Origin: Bacilli bacterium
Lineage (GTDB): Bacteria; Bacillota_I; Bacilli_A; RFN20; CAG-288
Length of the DNA stretch: 64,000 nucleotides
Direction of reading: 5' to 3'
Assembly: GCA_022647725.1 (NCBI GenBank)
Contig: JALCLG010000001.1
Coordinates: 1,790,784-1,854,783 of the forward strand
The notes below the pieces were generated by a model. It searched no databases, was not told the origin of the DNA, and was given only the letters and a program-made list of their open reading frames with translations. The position numbers and the translations under genes are program-made. Positions 49,496 to 61,926 of the stretch are shown piece by piece; the stretch's first letter is position 1; each line of letters starts with the position of its first letter.

Positions 49496-50842
49496 ATGGT
49501 TTACCAGAATGGCGAGCAAGACTGCGGGAAGGCGTCGGTACGGAATCTCTTGAGTCTCCTCTTCCATGACGAAGACTATGGGATGATGCCACTTAAAAGT
49601 CCGTGCACGGACTTCAGCCAGATCCAGGCGGAATGCCAGCGGGCCGGGGTGGCGCTTTTAGGAATCCAATGCGAGGATATCCAGAAGCTGGAGCGGAAGG
49701 ATTTCCCCATCCTCTGCCAGGTCCGGCAAGGCGAGGTGTTCCACTTCGTGGTCGTCAAAGGCGTCCGTTTCGGGAAAGTCATCCTCTTGGATCCCCAGTT
49801 CGGTGAGATGCATCTCTCGCTTAAAGAATTTGCCTTGCTTGCCACCGGCCGGATGCTGATTGTCCAGAAGGTAAGCAAGAAGCCGTTAAAGCCGGATCCC
49901 GCTTTCTTTGCCCCGAGCGAGATTCTGGTCTATTTCCTGGGATTCCTGTTCCAGAGCGTACTGCTTTTCTCCCTCTTCTTCCTGATGGACAAGGAAGGCT
50001 ACTATCCGCTGAAGATTTCCTTAGGAATCCTTTTCCTGATTCTGGTGCTGACCCAGAACCTTCTGACCGGACTGGTCAAGAAACGGATGGACCGGGAGAT
50101 ACTCTTGCCTTACCTGGAGGTGAGTCAATGCCCGAAAGACTATGCGCTGTTAGAAAGAATCCTCATCGACTGCCTCGGCCGGGCATCGGAACTGGTGACC
50201 TATAGCGTCTGCGCTAGTCTCGCCTGTTATCTCCTTTTTGCCAACGGTCTTTTTGTCAGCCTATTGGGGATCCTGGCCCTGCTATTCCCCATCGGCCGAG
50301 CCTTAAGCCGTCCCTTCATCAACCATATGAATCAGCTGGCCAGTCTCAAAGAGACGTCCCTGACCGCTAAACTTTCCCGGGGCGAGGATTTCCGCAAGGA
50401 CTATCAGGACTCCTTGAAGACGGCCGGCAAAGTCCGGGGACGCTGGCTCTCCTCCCTGGTGCTGGAGACGGGCCTCTTCTCGGTTCTGATCCTCAGCCAG
50501 ATGACCTTTGTTCAGGAAAACACGCTGAACTACTACCTTTTCTACCTCTTCCTGGCCTTTTCGTTCTCGGCCTTGGCCGACCAGCTGCTGGCGGCCTATC
50601 ACCGGGAAGACAGAATCCTGACCCAAGTCAACGGATTAAGCTATCCGCTTCCGTCATTTTTTGTGAAAAAAGGCTTTCCTTTAGGGTATACTATTATGAA
50701 ACGAGGAGGGCTTGGCGATGAAGGCAACGTCAGCGATTCTGGACTATCTGGACAAAACCCATCAGGAGACATCCCTGCTGAAGATCTTCCGCATCGTCTT
50801 CGATCATACCCTGGCCTCGCTGGGGAAGACCGGGACCTTTGA
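49496..50842 (+). CDS. C39 peptidase domain fused to an ABC-exporter-type membrane domain, with no nucleotide-binding domain (possibly a truncated PCAT)
   Basis: 'QNGEQDCGKASVRNLL' (Gln/Cys), 'VFHFVVV' (His) and 'LLDPQFG' (Asp), followed by about 6 predicted TM helices. The ORF ends 125 nt inside ybeY. Confidence 0.68.
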   Translation: MVYQNGEQDCGKASVRNLLSLLFHDEDYGMMPLKSPCTDFSQIQAECQRAGVALLGIQCEDIQKLERKDFPILCQVRQGEVFHFVVVKGVRFGKVILLDPQFGEMHLSLKEFALLATGRMLIVQKVSKKPLKPDPAFFAPSEILVYFLGFLFQSVLLFSLFFLMDKEGYYPLKISLGILFLILVLTQNLLTGLVKKRMDREILLPYLEVSQCPKDYALLERILIDCLGRASELVTYSVCASLACYLLFANGLFVSLLGILALLFPIGRALSRPFINHMNQLASLKETSLTAKLSRGEDFRKDYQDSLKTAGKVRGRWLSSLVLETGLFSVLILSQMTFVQENTLNYYLFYLFLAFSFSALADQLLAAYHREDRILTQVNGLSYPLPSFFVKKGFPLGYTIMKRGGLGDEGNVSDSGLSGQNPSGDIPAEDLPHRLRSYPGLAGEDRDL

Positions 50843-51590
50843 AGTTTCCCTGTCGCTCGTGTCTCCGGCGGAAATCCATAAGCTCAATCTCAGTTACCGC
50901 AAAATCGATGCGCCGACGGATGTGCTGACCTTTGCCTACCGGGAAGCTGACTTCAATCCGAACGATCCGGTGACCGACTTAGGCAGCATCCTCATCTGCC
51001 CGGCCATTGCCAAGAAGCAGGCCAAAGGCTTCCATCACCCCTTCGAGCGGGAGATGGCATTCCTCTTCATTCACGGACTGCTCCATATCTTTGGCTACGA
51101 TCATCATGCGGGCAAGAAAGATGCCGACATCATGTTTGCCCTGCAGAATAAGATCCTGGATACGCTCCCCTATGACTTCTATACCAATATCCGCCGTCTT
51201 AAGAAAGAACTGCTCTTGGCCCAGCAAGGGTCTCTCGATACCTATTCCCACTTCCGGGTCGGAGCCGTCGTTGTCACCAAGGACGGCAAGTATCACCGGG
51301 GCTTCAACATCGAGAACTCCTCCTATCCGGCCACCGTCTGCGCCGAACGGGTTGCTCTCTTCTCCACCTATGCGGCCGGCTATACCAAAGACGATATTGC
51401 TTCGTTAGGGTGCATCACGGATGCCAGCACGGTGGGAACCTGCTGCGGCGTCTGCCGTCAGGTCATGAGTGAACTGATGGACTTATCTTGCCCCGTCTAC
51501 ATTTACAACAAGGATGAAAGCAAATCCCTCGTTTCCACCGTCGGCGACTTGCTTCCGCACTCCTTCGGAAAGGATGATCTCTTATCATGA
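50718..51590 (+). CDS. ybeY: YbeY endoribonuclease fused in frame to cytidine deaminase
   Basis: The N-half has 'HGLLHIFGYDH' (YbeY zinc motif). The C-half has 'CAERVALF' and 'CCGVCRQVM' (Cdd zinc ligands) plus 'LLPHSFG'. SD 'GGAGGG' precedes ATG 50718. Confidence 0.85.
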   Translation: MKATSAILDYLDKTHQETSLLKIFRIVFDHTLASLGKTGTFEVSLSLVSPAEIHKLNLSYRKIDAPTDVLTFAYREADFNPNDPVTDLGSILICPAIAKKQAKGFHHPFEREMAFLFIHGLLHIFGYDHHAGKKDADIMFALQNKILDTLPYDFYTNIRRLKKELLLAQQGSLDTYSHFRVGAVVVTKDGKYHRGFNIENSSYPATVCAERVALFSTYAAGYTKDDIASLGCITDASTVGTCCGVCRQVMSELMDLSCPVYIYNKDESKSLVSTVGDLLPHSFGKDDLLS

Positions 51591-52456
51591 AAGTCGGAAC
51601 CATCTGTGTCTACGGCCGCGCCAATGCGGGCAAATCCTCCATCATCAACCGCTGCTTAGGATTCAAGCTTTTACCGGTCTCTTCCAAGCCTCAGACTACC
51701 CGCGACGATGTGCAGGCTGTTTACAATGATGCAGATTCGCAAATGGTGTTTGTCGATACTCCCGGTATCTTCAAACCGCACGGAAAATTAGGAAGCATTT
51801 TGCTTCGCAATGCCGAAAGTGCCAAGCTGGGCGTCGATGTCATCCTCTATGTCGTGGATGCCAGCGAGACCCCGAACTTTGACTTGGCCCAGAACCTGGC
51901 CAAGCAGGATATCCCGGTCGTGATTGCCTTCAATAAAATCGATCTGGTCAAGATCGACCTTGCCAAGGAACGTCTGGCCCGCTATCAGGAAGTCCTCCCT
52001 AAAGCCATGATCATTGAAGTCTCGGCCAAGGACAACTACAACATCGATCTGCTGATCCGCCAGCTGAAAGGCTATCTACCGGAAGGCAAACCGGTCTATC
52101 CGGAAGGCATGGTGAGCGACCATCCGATGTCCTTCATCACCTCCGAAATCATCCGCGAGAAGTGCATGCGGCTGCTCTCCGAAGAAGTCCCGCATTCCAT
52201 CTATGTGGATATTAAGAACATCGACGAGGATGAAAAGACCATGTCGGTGATGGCCGACATCATTGTCGACAAGGAAAGCGAGAAGTCCATCGTCATCGGC
52301 CATAACGGCGCGATGATCAGTCAGATTTCCCAGTTCTCGGAAGAGGGCATCCGTGCCTATTTCGGCAAGAAGACCCAATGCGACCTCCGGGTCAAAGTGA
52401 TTCCGGATTGGCGCAACGACGACAAATACCTGAAGAAATTCGGCTACGAGGAATAA
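51587..52456 (+). CDS. era: GTPase Era
   Basis: G1 'GRANAGKSS', 'DTPG', 'NKID', and a C-terminal KH domain. Confidence 0.95.
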   Translation: MKVGTICVYGRANAGKSSIINRCLGFKLLPVSSKPQTTRDDVQAVYNDADSQMVFVDTPGIFKPHGKLGSILLRNAESAKLGVDVILYVVDASETPNFDLAQNLAKQDIPVVIAFNKIDLVKIDLAKERLARYQEVLPKAMIIEVSAKDNYNIDLLIRQLKGYLPEGKPVYPEGMVSDHPMSFITSEIIREKCMRLLSEEVPHSIYVDIKNIDEDEKTMSVMADIIVDKESEKSIVIGHNGAMISQISQFSEEGIRAYFGKKTQCDLRVKVIPDWRNDDKYLKKFGYEE

Positions 52457-53200
52457 ATGATTTCGTCACCGAAGGAAACCCTCCGGGGTCTGGTGCTTTT
52501 AAGCTCTCCTTACCAGGAGGATTCGGCCGTCATCACCTTAGCCACGCCTCAGGGCGTCCTTTCTCTCATGGCTCGCGGGGTCTATCGGCCGAAAAGCCCG
52601 CTGAAACCGCTGCTGCTTGCTTTTTCGCTGGTGGAAGTCGAATACCACCAGTCCGGGGAAGCCTCGGTCCGCCAGGCCAGCTATGCCAAGGCGCTCTTCG
52701 ATTCCTCCACCCTTTACACCTCCTATCCGGACAGCATCTTCTTGGGTCTCCTGCAGGAGCTTTCCTTGGATCTCTACCGCGAAGGCGAGGATTATCCGCT
52801 CGAGGAGGTTTCCCTGCTCTTGGAAGGCCTGGCCCATCAAAGCGACCGGCTGTCATTGGCGCTCTTGTTGCTCGGGGTTTTCTACCGCTCGCTCGGCCTG
52901 AAGGAAGATACCCAAGGCTGTTATGTCTGCGGCAAGAAAAAGCCCTTGGTCAGCTATTCTTTGGAAGGCGGAGGCTTCCTCTGCCCGGAGGATGCCCTGG
53001 CTAACGGCATCGCCCCCAAAGACCCGCTGGACCTGTATGTGCTGAAATTCGCCTTTCTTCCCATTGACGCCATCAGCCTTTCCAAGAAGGTCCCAACGAA
53101 ACAGGGCAAGGATGTGTTTGAGGAAATGCTAGCTAACCTGCTGAACTATTTCGACCTTAAGCAAATTGCATCGCTTCCTCTTTTTCTCGAGATTGTCTAG
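52457..53200 (+). CDS. recO: DNA repair protein RecO
   Basis: OB-fold N-terminus and Zn motif 'CYVCGKKK...GGFLCPEDA'. Synteny with era and glyQS. Confidence 0.85.
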   Translation: MISSPKETLRGLVLLSSPYQEDSAVITLATPQGVLSLMARGVYRPKSPLKPLLLAFSLVEVEYHQSGEASVRQASYAKALFDSSTLYTSYPDSIFLGLLQELSLDLYREGEDYPLEEVSLLLEGLAHQSDRLSLALLLLGVFYRSLGLKEDTQGCYVCGKKKPLVSYSLEGGGFLCPEDALANGIAPKDPLDLYVLKFAFLPIDAISLSKKVPTKQGKDVFEEMLANLLNYFDLKQIASLPLFLEIV

Positions 53201-53247
53201 CCGTTCCTATGCTATACTAAGACCACGTTAAACAGAGGTAAATCACT

Positions 53248-54642
<1,395 letters not shown>

Positions 54643-54652
54643 GGTAGTTCTT

Positions 54653-56830
54653 TTGGAGAACACGAATCCGTCGGACAATAATCTTTTCCGCGAGGTGGCA
54701 GCTAAGGCCAGGATAGCCGATGTCATCGCCTATTACCTTGGCTCGAAAGCGCTGATCCGGAAGGGGAAGAATTTCGTTTGCCTCTGTCCTTTCCATCAGG
54801 ACCATACGCCCTCGATGCAGATCGACGTCACCCGGAACACCTTCCATTGCTTTGTGGATAACCACAAAGGCGACAGCATTTCCTTTGTCGAGCAATATGC
54901 CAAGCTTTCGCCGATGGAAGCCCTCAAGAAAGTCTGCGAGATCTGTGCCATTCCCTTGCCGGACACCGTCCGGGGCTATGCGCCGAAAGTCTCCCTCATC
55001 GAACAGAAATTCCCTGAGGAGCTTAAGGCCCTTAGCGATCTCAGCCAGTTCTATCAGCTCTCGCTGAAGACCAACGAAGGCAAGATCGCCCGGGATTATC
55101 TCGAAGGTCGGAAGATTCCCCAGGATGTCATCGACCATTTCGGCATCGGCTATGCTCCTCTGGATGACCAGGCGGCCATTCAGGCACTCCGGGCCAAAGG
55201 CTATTCGGTCGAGACCTTGGAACGGGCCGGCATCTTAGCCAATTCGACGCTGCTCAAAGACCATTACAGTCAGAAAGTGATGTTTCCGATTCAGGACAAC
55301 CAAGGCCATACCGTCGCCTTCTCCGGCCGGCGGCTTCTGGAGTCGCAGCCCGGCGGCAAGTACATCAACTACCCCGAAAGCCCGCTGTTTGAGAAACGGA
55401 CCATTCTTTATCATTATGACAAGGCCAAGGAAACGGCCCGACAGGAAGGTTTCGTCTATGTCGTCGAAGGCTTCATGGATGTGATTGCCTTGGTGCGGGC
55501 CGGCATCAATTCCGTGGTCGGGACGATGGGAACGGCTCTGACCGAAGACCATATCAAAGCTCTTTTGGCGCTGAAGGTGGAAATCCGCATGGCGCTGGAT
55601 AGCGATGAGCCGGGACGGACGGCCATCGAGCGGTCGTTGCCGCTGTTAACGAAAGCCAAGGCCAACTATCGGATTCAGTGGGCCTTTAAGGGCGGGAAGG
55701 ATGCCGATGAGATCCTGACCCGGCTAGGCAAGAACGAGCTGCTGAAGCAGATCAACGTTCTCGTCGATCCGGTCCTCTATCTTTTCGGAAGACGGCTTGA
55801 AGGTCAGCCGACCTTGAAGGACACCTCCAAGATTCTTAGCTTCTTACGGGAAACCAGCCCTTATTATCAGGCGCTGGATCCCTTAAGCCAGGCCAACGAT
55901 CTCGCCAAGATTGCCAGCCGTACCGGCTTTGACAAGGATAAGTTGCTTCCGTTGCTTCGCTCGGAAGATAAGCCTCAGAGAACGACAGACTATTCCCGTG
56001 AAAAGCGACGGAACGACACTTATAAATCCTACCGCAAGGACCGGGAAGAGATCATCCCGATCGATATTTCCCGCTTCCCGTTAGGCCCTAGCTACAATGA
56101 GGAGACGGCTGTCCAGGAAGTGCAGAAGTTCTGCCTTGACTACTGCCGCTCGCATCACCAGATTCTTTTCCTCAACGAAATCCTGCCGGACTACAAGGAT
56201 CCGTTAAGGACAGACTATCTCGCCAAGCTGGTGGACATCGAAGTCAACCTCGCCTTGGTGCTGCCGGAAAGCCGTCAGGCCTTCATGGAATTCGAGAACA
56301 ACCACAACGTCTTTGTGATGTATCCGCTTTATGTCTTTGCCTGCCTGGTCGGCTCCTCGTATCTGGCGAACCCGGACCTGATGGAATTCTCGCCTCGGGA
56401 TTATCAGGCCCTGAAGGACCTGCTGCAGAATCCGCATCCGGTTCATCCGACGGTATCCCTGGCTCAGACCATCGAAACACCTGCTGCTGATGATGCCTTT
56501 GATCTGGACGGCATTGAAGGCGAAGGGAAAACGCCGGCAGCGGAAGCCCCGAAGGAGGCGGTGGAAGACCTGCCTTCCTTCCAGGATGTCTCCATCCCGG
56601 ACCTTTCCAAGGAAGACCGTGAGATCATTTTCTATATTCTTTCCGTCCGCGAACGGATCCTCTCGTCCCGGTACGACAAGGAAAAATATCTCTCCTACCT
56701 GCGGCTGGACAAGACCCTGCTGTCGCTCTATTACTTCCTGAAATCCGTTCAGGAGGAAAAAGGCGGCCTCTTAAGCAAGGACGACACGTTCAAACTGTGG
56801 GAGATTTTAGGAAATCTGAGCAGAAAATAG
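54653..56830 (+). CDS. dnaG: DNA primase
   Basis: Zn finger 'CLCPFHQDHTPSMQID...FHCF', TOPRIM 'VVEGFMDVIAL' and 'LDSDEPGR'. Start proposed at TTG 54653 (SD 'GAGGT' 7 nt upstream). The exact start is uncertain. Confidence 0.85.
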   Translation: MENTNPSDNNLFREVAAKARIADVIAYYLGSKALIRKGKNFVCLCPFHQDHTPSMQIDVTRNTFHCFVDNHKGDSISFVEQYAKLSPMEALKKVCEICAIPLPDTVRGYAPKVSLIEQKFPEELKALSDLSQFYQLSLKTNEGKIARDYLEGRKIPQDVIDHFGIGYAPLDDQAAIQALRAKGYSVETLERAGILANSTLLKDHYSQKVMFPIQDNQGHTVAFSGRRLLESQPGGKYINYPESPLFEKRTILYHYDKAKETARQEGFVYVVEGFMDVIALVRAGINSVVGTMGTALTEDHIKALLALKVEIRMALDSDEPGRTAIERSLPLLTKAKANYRIQWAFKGGKDADEILTRLGKNELLKQINVLVDPVLYLFGRRLEGQPTLKDTSKILSFLRETSPYYQALDPLSQANDLAKIASRTGFDKDKLLPLLRSEDKPQRTTDYSREKRRNDTYKSYRKDREEIIPIDISRFPLGPSYNEETAVQEVQKFCLDYCRSHHQILFLNEILPDYKDPLRTDYLAKLVDIEVNLALVLPESRQAFMEFENNHNVFVMYPLYVFACLVGSSYLANPDLMEFSPRDYQALKDLLQNPHPVHPTVSLAQTIETPAADDAFDLDGIEGEGKTPAAEAPKEAVEDLPSFQDVSIPDLSKEDREIIFYILSVRERILSSRYDKEKYLSYLRLDKTLLSLYYFLKSVQEEKGGLLSKDDTFKLWEILGNLSRK

Positions 56831-56839
56831 GAAGTTCCC

Positions 56840-56870
56840 TTGAAAAAATACAATAATTACTCATACTAAT
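56840..56870 (+). promoter_or_regulatory. Possible internal promoter for rpoD (TTGAAA ... CATACTAAT)
   Basis: -35 'TTGAAA' at 56840-56845, with a -10-like 'CATACTAAT' 16-18 nt downstream. Confidence 0.4.
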
Positions 56871-56884
56871 AGGGAGAGGATTTA

Positions 56885-58726
<1,842 letters not shown>

Positions 58727-58751
58727 ACTGACTCCCCGTCTCAGCCAGGCT

Positions 58752-59366
58752 TTGTCCTTGGCTCAGCCGGGACTTGTTTATCTGGACTTAGGAGCTGACC
58801 ACGCCTTGTTGGCAATGGCTTTGGCCGAGCAGGGTTTTAAGGTGTATGCTTCCGAGAACAAATGGGGACCTTTTACGATTCTTAAGGACTCGTTGCTGAA
58901 AAACAACTCTTCCGTCATCTGCTATCTTGCCGATGGACTGACGGATCTACCCAAGGACGTCGGAGGTGTTTTCATTCTGGGAATGGGCGGGAAAACGATG
59001 ACCGAGATTCTTTCCAGGCACCCGAGCCGATTGGCTGCTCTGAAGCAGCTTGTCATCGAACCCCAGAGCGATGCGTATCTGCCGATTCACTATCTCCTGA
59101 CCCATGGGTTTAAGAATGACAAAGGCCGCTATGTTTTTGAAAAGCATGCCTATCCGCTGCTGTCGTTTGTTCCGACGGCAGATCCGGTTTCCTATTCGCG
59201 GGAAGAAGAGACCTTCGGGCCCTGTCCGCTGGCCCAGAAGGATCCGCTCTTAGGGAAGCTTCTTCAGCAGCAGCTCGAACGGCTTAACGCTCTTGCAATC
59301 CTCTCGCCGAAAGCCCAAAATGAAAAGACGTTGTTAGCAAAGGCATGGACCTTATGGAACTCATAA
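58752..59366 (+). CDS. trmK: tRNA (adenine22-N1)-methyltransferase TrmK; 5' end uncertain
   Basis: 'DLGADHALLA' (compare 'DIGSDHAYLP') and 'GMGGKTM'. Follows sigA as in Bacillus. Homology appears to continue upstream of the TTG at 58752. Confidence 0.7.
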   Translation: MSLAQPGLVYLDLGADHALLAMALAEQGFKVYASENKWGPFTILKDSLLKNNSSVICYLADGLTDLPKDVGGVFILGMGGKTMTEILSRHPSRLAALKQLVIEPQSDAYLPIHYLLTHGFKNDKGRYVFEKHAYPLLSFVPTADPVSYSREEETFGPCPLAQKDPLLGKLLQQQLERLNALAILSPKAQNEKTLLAKAWTLWNS

Positions 59367-60130
59367 ATTTATTGAACCGTCTGGGGAAGGCTTACCCTGC
59401 GTCGCTGGCCGAAAGCTGGGATTTCCCTGGCTATCAGGTTGGCAAGAAAGATCTCCATCGCGAGGTCCGAAAAGTTTTCCTTTGCCTGGATTTTTCGGAG
59501 ATTTGCTTTGCGGAGGCCTTAGCCTTCAAGCCCGATGTCATCATCACCCATCACCCCTTCCTTTTCGGGACAAGACGGCAGGTTCTTGCTGAGGATCCCC
59601 TCAAGGATGATCTGACGGTACGGATCGAAGCGGAACTGTCCTGCCCGATTTATTCTTACCATACCGCCTTTGACAAAGCCCAGGGCGGCATGAACGATAC
59701 GATCCTTAGGAATCTCGGACTGACTCCCTATTCGCTGCCGGAGGAGTCTATCATCCGGTTTGCCAAACTGGCTAAACCGATGACAATGGCCGAGCTTGCT
59801 CTCTTCCTGAAGCAGAAATTAGGGATTAACTATGTGCGGACCTTGACCGGCATGATTTCTCCCATCGAAACGATCGGGCTGGTCGCCGGCGGTGGGTCCA
59901 GCTATGCCAGAAGAGCGATTGATCTCGGAGCGGATGCCTTTCTTTCCGGGGACTGCCCTCAGCATACCCGGCTGGATTTAAGACGCTACCAGATCAATTA
60001 TGTCGAGCTCCCTCATGAAATCGAGGAGCAGGGCTTCCTGACGGGGATGGGAAAGAAACTGCTCAGTCTGGATCCGTCGCTGTCGTTAGCTTCCTTTGCC
60101 TATGAAAAAGATTTCGACCTCACGAGGTAA
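59345..60130 (+). CDS. Nif3-family dinuclear-metal-centre protein (YqfO-like)
   Basis: 'LAESWDFPGYQVG', 'IITHHPFLF' and 'ELPHEIEE'. Confidence 0.8.
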   Translation: MDLMELINLLNRLGKAYPASLAESWDFPGYQVGKKDLHREVRKVFLCLDFSEICFAEALAFKPDVIITHHPFLFGTRRQVLAEDPLKDDLTVRIEAELSCPIYSYHTAFDKAQGGMNDTILRNLGLTPYSLPEESIIRFAKLAKPMTMAELALFLKQKLGINYVRTLTGMISPIETIGLVAGGGSSYARRAIDLGADAFLSGDCPQHTRLDLRRYQINYVELPHEIEEQGFLTGMGKKLLSLDPSLSLASFAYEKDFDLTR

Positions 60131-60134
60131 TCCG

Positions 60135-61004
60135 ATGGATAAAGAAAAGAACGTCGTCATTGATGATATGCCGGAGCTGAATGCCAAGATCAACGAAGAC
60201 CTGCAGGCCGAGAAAAAAGGCACGGCCAAGGAAGAAAACCTTGCCAACCTTCGGGAATACCGGAAGAACCGGGATTTTGATCTCCGCAACAAGATCGTCG
60301 AGGATAACCTGGGACTGGTTGTCAGCCTTGCCCATTCCTATTCCAAAAGCACGGCCCAGCCGGTCGAGGATCTGATTCAGGAAGGCAGTCTCGGCCTGAT
60401 GAAAGCCGTTGACGACTTTGACCCGGATAAAGGATTTGCTTTCTCCACTTTCGCGGTTCCCTACATTAAAAATGCCATTCGGCGTTATATTTCTCAGAAT
60501 GGCCGGATGGTGGCCTTGCCGTCCAATATCCAGACCCAGATCCGCAAGCTTCATAAGACACAGGAAACCTTGTCTGAGACGCTCGACCGGGAGCCTACCC
60601 TGGAAGAGATTGCCGCTGCCATGGGCCCGGGTTACACCACCGATTCCATCCGTGACCTGATGATCAATTCCTATGAAAGCTACTCGCTGGACAAGCCTAG
60701 CCAGAACAGCGACGACAATGACTCCGACGGGACGAACCTGTTTGACTCTATTCCCGATGATTCCGAAGAGACCCCGAAGGAAGCCGCCGAAGCGGCCGAG
60801 CGGAGTCAGCGTTTCACCGAAGCGCTGAAAACCCTGTCCGGACGGGAACTGGAAGTCCTTCTAAGACGGTACGGCATCGGCAAACCCAAGCAAACTTTGC
60901 AGGAGATTGCCCAAATCTATGGCGTCTCCTTGGAACGCATCCGTCAGATTGAGCTGGCGGCGGAGAAGAAAATCAAGAAAGCGATGGCAGGCTACGTAAA
61001 CTAG
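60135..61004 (+). CDS. Alternative sigma-70-family factor (RpoD paralog without region 1.1)
   Basis: Region 2 '[41 protein letters not shown]', region 3, and region 4 'TLQEIAQIYGVSLERIRQIE'. Start at ATG 60135 (SD 'GAGGT'). Confidence 0.8.
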   Translation: MDKEKNVVIDDMPELNAKINEDLQAEKKGTAKEENLANLREYRKNRDFDLRNKIVEDNLGLVVSLAHSYSKSTAQPVEDLIQEGSLGLMKAVDDFDPDKGFAFSTFAVPYIKNAIRRYISQNGRMVALPSNIQTQIRKLHKTQETLSETLDREPTLEEIAAAMGPGYTTDSIRDLMINSYESYSLDKPSQNSDDNDSDGTNLFDSIPDDSEETPKEAAEAAERSQRFTEALKTLSGRELEVLLRRYGIGKPKQTLQEIAQIYGVSLERIRQIELAAEKKIKKAMAGYVN

Positions 61005-61830
61005 CCACCAGCGCCTGAACGGCTTCTTCGCTGGAAGAGGTCGCTGACGACACATAAATATCCTTGCCCTGGATCAGGGAAGGATTGATTTCTTGGACAC
61101 TCATCGCAATCGTCCCGGTCAGACCGGGATAGGTTTTCAAGACGGCATTGAGGATCTCATTGGCATTGGAACTGGCCTTGTCGCCGCAGACGAGGAAGAA
61201 CGACTTTTCCGGAGCGGCCTTGGCTAAGGCGGCTAACGCCTGATGGGTCCGCTGCTGATAATGGGGGCAGATGCCTAAGGAATAGACGACCTTGCCCCGC
61301 TTTTCCAAAAGCGAAAGGCAGGTTAGTGCCTTTTCTTCGCTCAGCGTGGTCTGGGGAACAAAACCGATCTTCTCTTTCAGCGGAAGCTTGGCGATCTGCT
61401 TAGCGAGATCCTGATTCTCATCCACAAAGAGCAGGGACGGGAAATGGGAAAGGAATCCCAAGGTCTCCTGATGGCCTTTTTTGCCTAGGAAAACAACGCT
61501 GATGGAAGAATCCAAGCGGGCTAAGGCCTGGTAACGGGCCAGAATCAGCGGGCAGGTCGCGTCATACGACGGACAGATTCCCTTAAAAGCCTCGGCTTCT
61601 TCTAACGTATAGCCATGGGCCGAAAAGACCACGGCACCCGGCTTGGCCGGATTCTTCGGATCATAAAGAGTCGCCTTGGTTTCTTTAAGAAGCAAGGCAT
61701 TTTCCGTCAGGTTATGGATCAGCGGATGAACCAGGACAACGTTCGGGTGTTCCCGACTGGCTTTCTTCAGGATTTTCAGGGCCTGTTTGACGCCATAACA
61801 GTATCCCGTATCCGTAATGATTGTGATCAT
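60973..61830 (-). CDS. ispH: 4-hydroxy-3-methylbut-2-enyl diphosphate reductase
   Basis: 'GYCYGVKQA', 'SAHGY', 'YDATCPLI', 'GKKGHQETLG' and 'GICPHYQQR' (three Fe-S cysteines). Confidence 0.85.
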   Translation of the reverse strand: MITIITDTGYCYGVKQALKILKKASREHPNVVLVHPLIHNLTENALLLKETKATLYDPKNPAKPGAVVFSAHGYTLEEAEAFKGICPSYDATCPLILARYQALARLDSSISVVFLGKKGHQETLGFLSHFPSLLFVDENQDLAKQIAKLPLKEKIGFVPQTTLSEEKALTCLSLLEKRGKVVYSLGICPHYQQRTHQALAALAKAAPEKSFFLVCGDKASSNANEILNAVLKTYPGLTGTIAMSVQEINPSLIQGKDIYVSSATSSSEEAVQALVASLRSLPSLS

Positions 61831-61884
61831 ACTTCAAGTTTACCATAAAAAGACTCTTTTCAGGTAAGTTTGAAAAGCATTCTA

Positions 61885-61893
61885 TGGTATAAT
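61885..61893 (+). promoter_or_regulatory. Extended -10 promoter (TGgTATAAT) for apt
   Basis: 'TATGGTATAAT' lies 33 nt upstream of the apt ATG. Confidence 0.45.
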
Positions 61894-61926
61894 TTCTTCG
61901 GTTAATAACGTGGAGGCAATAAACCT

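Noticed and set aside
50661-50692. TTGTGA ... TATACT, a promoter-like pair inside the 3' end of the C39 gene, considered as the ybeY promoter.
   Set aside because: The spacer is 20 nt, too long for a canonical sigma-70 promoter, and there is no TG extension. Left uncalled.
52378-53004. A 208-aa alternate-frame ORF overlapping recO, plus other Pro/Arg/Gly-rich ORFs at 52566-52901.
   Set aside because: It overlaps a well-supported recO frame, has low-complexity composition and lacks an SD.
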